Of a stretch of DNA of 64,000 nucleotides, positions 57,762 to 64,000 are shown in pieces. The number at the start of each line of letters is the position of its first letter. Within the stretch, counting starts at the first letter, position 1. Made by a program: the position numbers and the translations under genes. This DNA comes from Eledone cirrhosa (taxonomy: Eukaryota): NCBI GenBank assembly GCA_964016885.1, contig OZ024740.1, positions 231,880,001 through 231,944,000 on the forward strand, in the 5' to 3' direction. The notes under the pieces were generated by a model. The model did not search any database. It saw only the letters and a list, made by a program, of their open reading frames with translations, and was not told where the DNA came from.

Positions 57762-58245
57762 GGAAATAGCACGGAAAATATGTTTAAGGATCTGTTTTTC
57801 TTTTTTTTTATTTTTCTTCTTCTTTGATTCGTCAAAGTAACATTATTGGAAAAGCGAGAGAAACAATTCTTTAAAAAAAAAGAGTTTTATATATACACTA
57901 TAAATGTAAATATACATTATAAAACTCTTTCTTTTTTAAATAATTATTCCTCTCATTTTTTCAATAATGTCTCTTTGACGAATCAAAGAAAGGAAAAAAA
58001 GTAAAACAGATCCTTAAATATATTTTCCGTGCTATTTCCAATTTCACCTTTTCTCTGTTTTCATAGAGAAAGGGTGAAATTGGAAATAACACGGAAAAAA
58101 TATTTAAGGATCCGTTTTTCTTTTTTGTGGAATTGGAAATAGCAGGGAAAATATATTTAAGGATCTGTTTTTCTTTTTTGATTCGTCAAAGTGACATTAT
58201 TGAAAAAATGAGAGGAACAATTCTATAAAAAAAGAGTTTATAATG
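57762..58245. repeat. Inverted triplication (A, A', A) with a partial internal re-duplication
   Basis: GGAAATAGCACGGAAAATAT-TTTAAGGATCTG...GATTCGTCAAAG at 57762 (+), ~57920-58040 (-), 58082 and 58135 (+). Confidence 0.85.
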
Positions 58246-58334
58246 GATATATAAATATAAAGAAAGTGCTCAAGCGCAGATATGCTATAAAGATAGCTTA
58301 TAAAATTGGTGAACACCCTTAAAAGATGGAAAAA

Positions 58335-58530
58335 GAAATTGCCATCGGCCGCTATGAGGAACCCTATATTTTCCAGGTCTTCTAGCAAAACCGACTGGGG
58401 TGCGTCTTCGTGGATTTTACCATATCTAGTCAGTCCACTCGTTGACTTGCAAATTAAGCCACTCACTGCAAATATACCGTGGAGTGTGTGGTGTTAGATC
58501 CATTTCACAGTTGCCCCCTTTCCTCCCTGG
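58335..58530 (-). mobile_element. Possible RTE LINE 3' end with a degenerate C2H2 finger
   Basis: AVSGLICKSTSGLTRYGKIH resembles CxxCGxxCKSxxGLxxHxxxH. Confidence 0.35.
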
Positions 58531-60382
58531 CTCCTGTAATTTCAGATGATTAACATACATATATACATACATAAAATGTGTGGATGTATGTGTGTTTATG
58601 TGTGCGTGTGTTTGTGTTTCACCATTTTGACGATGCATCTGTTTGTCATGTGATTTGATCTGATATCTTGTATTTTGGCAGGTAAACAACAGTTTCAGAG
58701 AAGTGATATGTATATTAATCATCAAAGGGCACATGCACTGTTATCATTTATGTTTTATTAATATGTCGTAAGACAAAAACATGTATTATTAAGTATTAAT
58801 GTCTGTATTCGACATCATAACCTTGTGTTTAATCTACTTATTAATTGTTTCTGTTGTTCATCTCTGTTTCCAGTCGTTTCACATCCAGTCATTTAAGACA
58901 TATAATATCTTGCACAACAATATCCTATATGTCCTTTTTGTAGATATGAGTGTGGATTAACTTCTATCTCTAGAAGCTTGAACGAAAATGTTTTCAGGAA
59001 TCAACAGAGAGTGGGAAGCACAATATTTGCAATTGGTTATCCTAATTTATATTATGTGGGTGTATGTATCTGAATGCAACGTCTTTCAGACACAATCCAT
59101 GAGCTTGGAAGGCTGTAGGTGAACAAAGAACGACGCAGCTCTGCTTTTGCAGAGCATGTCTTTCACCATATTCCTTTTCAATACAATGGAAATAGAAACA
59201 CCCAAACAACTCTGTTCATAACTAAGACAGATAGACCTATGGTCGGTAACGCAGTTACAGCACACAATGAAAGTAAGAAAATAATTGTGCCCTTATGGGA
59301 AATATAGAAATCATCATCATCATCATCATCATCACTTTCCAACAAGGATACCAATATGAGTTGGGTGGCACATGGAGATGATAAAAATGCACCGTGGGTT
59401 TGGATGTTTACATGTGGTCTTGTAAAAATGAATAAGGAATATATCACCATTCAGAGCGAATGAAGAAAGTGCTCCAGACTTGGTTCACCTTGGCCCCAAG
59501 GGCATGTGCCCTGTCCCTGGTATCGTCTCCCAATCTAAAGGGGTATACTCAGAATTGACCCATTCACTTGGACCATATTGACTGTATTTGACTGTATTTG
59601 AAATTAAATATAAATATATAACATTTTCTATAAGGGATTCAATTGTGGCACTATATAATATTGGGTAGACAACAATCTAATGAAACCTTTAATATATTAT
59701 GAGAGAATAGACTATTTAAAATTAAATATAAATACATAATTTTTTATATAAGGGATTCAATTGAGGCACTATATAATGTCTATTAGAGCAAGGAATTTAA
59801 TTATTATAATGAGCTAGTTACCTCCCCTTACGCATTAGTTCCCCTTAATTCCATATCCATTTCCGGATATTAAACCGTTGAAAATTCTCGCAGTAGAACA
59901 ACTCTAACCCATAAATATGGATAAAATAACACCAAGTTACAATCCATTACTATAACAAACATTCAATACAAATATAACTTAACATATGTAATAGATGTGA
60001 AATCTGTAACTTTCATATTCTACACATACAAATTTGAACTATACAGAAAATATCATCGCATTGCACCCACCATAATACACTAACATAGTGCTTGTATTTC
60101 ATGTAATACCTTGCCATACAGTACTCATATATGCATGATACATTTGCTTGTTCCATTCCTTTATATATGACTAACGCATGTACTATCTCTTTAATTTATT
60201 TGTTAGATTATTCTCTTGTATTATCTGTCGCATGTATTCCACCCTTTGCTTTTAATTTTAATTTTTAATTTTAATTTTAATCTTAATTTGAATTATTGTA
60301 CAATTCTCGTATAATATATGTCGCATCCATTCCACTCTGTAAACATGAAACTGTTGTCCACAACATCACCATATATATGTAT

Positions 60383-60425
60383 CTCCGAGGACTCCTAGCT
60401 TAAGCTTGGAAGAAACAATTGTCAG
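60383..60425 (+). ncRNA. Degenerate hammerhead-like motif
   Basis: CT-CCGAGGA-CTCC(TAGCTTAAGCTT)GGAA-GAAA-CAATTG-TC-AG. Confidence 0.45.
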
Positions 60426-60604
60426 CGATTAAATGTTTTAAACATAACTTTGATACTTGTGTAATCTATATTACTGCTCTATAAAACAACTGATGTTCTT
60501 ACATTGAGCTATTTCTCTTACTGGTAATAAGGTAGCAATAAATTACTCACCTTCCCTGTTTATAGTTGTTTATAGTTTTAGTATATACATAACTATAAAT
60601 AGTA

Positions 60605-60635
<31 letters not shown>

Positions 60636-61316
60636 AATTTTGAGTATATGTTGGTTGTTTACCGACACCTCAGTATACAGATTGAAGCACTCGATGAAGT
60701 ACGCAGGTTGGTTTGTTTACTCCGGAGTAATGTAAAATGAGTAAGTAAAACATGTAAAATTTGACTTCGTTTATTATAAATTCTCTGCTCTATATATATT
60801 TCGGTGGCAGCTATTATTGGCTGTGACCTCTTCAGGCATTACGAATTAATGCCGAAAAGACAGGTAAGCCTGTTGTTGAAATGTGTTCCACTCTGTCAAT
60901 TTATCAATATGTCCAGCTCCTATGTGTGTTGTTAGTCCTCCGAGGAACTGGAATCATATGAACTAGAACATAGGTATTTCAGCGTCAGAGGTCACGCTCG
61001 TACCCTATTGGACAGTTATCATACCACTCCCCAGTCGAAAGTCTATAGAAATTCTTCAGAGACAGTTCAGCCTGTTATAGTTGTTTTTTATCAGAATGTT
61101 TAAGTCCAGTTCCTCGGAGGACTAACAACATAGCCAGGAGGTGGACATATCGATAAATTGACAGAGTGGAAGACATTTTAACACGTTTACCTCTCTTTTC
61201 CACATTAATTCGTACTGCCTGAAGAGGTCACAGCCAATAATAGCTGTCACCGAAATATATATAGCAGAGAATTTATAATAAACGAAGCGAAATTTTACAT
61301 GTTTGACTTACTTATT

Positions 61317-61322
<6 letters not shown>
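60636..61322. mobile_element. Fold-back element related to the Naiad-type PLE 3' end (arms ~60740-60952 and 61105-61313), with two HHRs
   Basis: HHR CTGC-CTGAAGA-GGTCACAGC(CAATAATA)GCTGTCACC-GAAA-TATATA-TA-GCAG at 61215-61267 (+) and 60785-60838 (-); homologous to 18950-19400. Confidence 0.85.
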
Positions 61323-61386
<64 letters not shown>

Positions 61387-61894
61387 AGTAAAACAAACAT
61401 GTAAAATTTGGCTTCGTTTATTATAAATTCTCTGATATATATATATCTATATCTATATATATATATATATCGTTCAGAAAAGGTTGCTTTGGTAAAAACT
61501 TTTAGTTACGATGGAGAATTTTATAAAATAACAAAATAAGATGCTGAGGTTACATATATAGTTTAATCATTATAATTATTTCCACGGTTCTCTATACAAT
61601 CGAGATGTCCTTCATGCATTTGCTGTTGATTATGAGAACGGTATCCTCAGATGAAAACCCGATATGTTTGATATGTCACTGGCAGGTAAAAACCCACGTC
61701 CTATTGCTTGTGTGCCCAGCAGACATATGAGTTCCTTGAAGGTTTTGCCAGCCGTCGTGTTTGCTAAAAAAACTATCAACGAAAAAAAACAACCAAAAAC
61801 TGTAGACAGTGGAAGCAATAAATGGAGCTCTGAGGGAGGGTGGGGTATACATTTTGTTGGCAACCACCCATAGACAACAACGCTGTTGCTTTCG

Positions 61895-61943
<49 letters not shown>

Positions 61944-61988
61944 GACGTAGAATCAGAAAATTATAAAAATTAACTTACTAAAATTTCA

Positions 61989-62069
61989 CTCCAACTAATT
62001 AGTTTCTGAAAGGGAATAAACATGGTTTCCAAATAGAAAACATGGAGAAGCCATTTCGTCATCAGGAAG
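61989..62069 (-). ncRNA. Type I HHR with long stem II; partial family copy at ~49025-49135
   Basis: Reverse complement CTTC-CTGATGA-CGAAA...TTTCA-GAAA-CTAATTAG-TT-GGAG. Confidence 0.65.
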
Positions 62070-62256
62070 TCGTTCTCAGCTAAGATCCCTGGCGATGCGT
62101 GGACACAGGGAACTTATACAAAAATAATTCAGTGGATGGAAAAAAGCAAGCATGTTCTGCATCCCCATGCATTGAACAACAAAGTTACTAAGACAAAACC
62201 TATATATTTGCTTGCATAGGTATACTTCTGTATATATGTGTTGGCAGACATACTAA

Positions 62257-62294
<38 letters not shown>

Positions 62295-62296
<2 letters not shown>

Positions 62297-62476
62297 GAAT
62301 CACTACCTCCTTACGGACAACTGACGCTGCACACCAGGTCCGACACACAGAAGAGCCGAACGCCCACTGTCATCGCCTCTATCTCTCCCTCCCACCCCAT
62401 CTCTCTGTATTGTGAGCAAATGATCTCCCACGTGCTGACCGCACTACGGCCACGGACGATGGTAAGGGAGATGCGC
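62295..62476 (-). mobile_element. CRE-like LINE 3' UTR fragment
   Basis: GAAGAGCCGAAC-CCCACTGTCATC...GTGAGCAAATG matches 21330-21410. Confidence 0.65.
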
Positions 62477-62816
62477 TATTATAGTTTTAGTAGGGGTGCT
62501 GACAATAATATTTGCGTTTCTCTACGTGTGAGTATGTGTGCGAACGTGGTGTAGTTATAGCGGTGACACAAACTGTTGTGATTGGTTACAGCCTGTTTTT
62601 GTTTTGTTTCTTGTAGTGGCTGTAAAGATGATGGCGTATGAGAGATTACGTAATGGCTGTGTGTAACGATGTATATATGCGTATATGAGCGTGTTGCATA
62701 TGTGTGGAAGATTACTTAAAAATGTCGACTCTGGTTTTAACCCCACTCGCTGAGGTGAGGTAACGGCAATAAAACTACACTCATTAGAAAACAGTACCCA
62801 CATTATGAATTGCAAT

Positions 62817-62850
62817 GTAGTAGCATTAGTAGTAGCAGCAGCAGCATTAA

Positions 62851-62898
<48 letters not shown>

Positions 62899-62910
62899 CA
62901 GCAGCAACAT

Positions 62911-62957
<47 letters not shown>

Positions 62958-63052
62958 TAGTAGTAGTATTACTTCACGGTGTTGTAGTAGTAGCCACAAC
63001 AGTAACAACCCAAACGCGAGAAGCTGAAACATTAAATAGTATCACCGCCATA

Positions 63053-63106
<54 letters not shown>

Positions 63107-63110
63107 GCTG

Positions 63111-63157
<47 letters not shown>

Positions 63158-63326
63158 GCTACTACTACTACTACTACTACCATTACTATCATCATAATCT
63201 CAGACAAGGAACAAAAACAACTACCTTAAAGACAATAAGTCCCTAGGTATTCACATATAATCCCTTCGTAAAATTCAGGGTCACTTGCAGATGAGTATAC
63301 AGAACTACGGAAAACGGCTTACTACG

Positions 63327-63386
<60 letters not shown>

Positions 63387-63402
63387 GCTGATGCTGCTGA
63401 TG

Positions 63403-63470
<68 letters not shown>

Positions 63471-63484
63471 ACTACTACTACTAC

Positions 63485-63518
<34 letters not shown>

Positions 63519-63532
63519 ACTACTACTACTAC

Positions 63533-63569
<37 letters not shown>

Positions 63570-63590
63570 ACTACTACTACTGCTACTACT
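62817..63590. repeat. (TAG)n, (TAC)n and (CTG)n microsatellites
   Basis: Direct reading. Confidence 0.9.
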
Positions 63591-64000
63591 GTATACCAGA
63601 ACATCGCAGCAATCTTATATTTTCTGTCCTTGACAAGTCCTCCAATCATTATACATTCTCAATACAGCTCCTCCACTATCATACCTCGCTATCTACTCGA
63701 GTATCAATTTTCATAATAACGCCAAGATAACTAGCCATTACACTAGGGTGCAGCAGTTAGTGGTTGCATTTAAACTTGCTCAATGTAAGAGCGAAAAACT
63801 TCCATAATTTCCCTGCTGTCATTAAAATGATGATCACTAAGTTTGAGATGGAGCTGCCAGATAATCACTTGACCACGACATTATATTTCTACATTATATT
63901 CCTCAGTTCTTTTAAAATGGGAACCATAAAGCCAGTAAAGAATCTTCTATGAAATCGCTCCATTCATGCAATATCTTTACTGCCTTTAATACAGGAACCA

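Noticed and set aside
61630-61873. Overlapping short ORFs
   Set aside because: No homology cues; lengths expected by chance

Overview
Eukaryotic, AT-rich, repeat-saturated non-genic DNA. An octopod cephalopod is my inference from the SINE types and microsatellite density. I found no supportable host gene, and nearly all listed ORFs are microsatellite artefacts. Recognisable content: decayed transposon remnants (two Penelope-like GIY-YIG elements, RTE-like, CRE-like and Tx1/L1-like LINEs, two mariners, one Chapaev3-type DNA transposon), about 25 copies of a tRNA-derived Deu/Nin-domain SINE, and very many microsatellites. The main unexplained structure is a dense set of short insertions in (TA)n tracts. 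Most are asymmetric fold-backs (50-210 bp arms, one arm with an extra tail), and about 20 type I hammerhead-ribozyme (HHR) motifs occur in the window, several of them the U3-A8 core variant. Some insertions have fixed 5' ends, one family looks like a ~345-nt circularly permuted retrozyme, and several are chimeras fused to foreign sequence, including a 186-bp inverted copy of DNA lying about 600 bp downstream. All alignments and RNA folds were done by eye, so boundaries are approximate.
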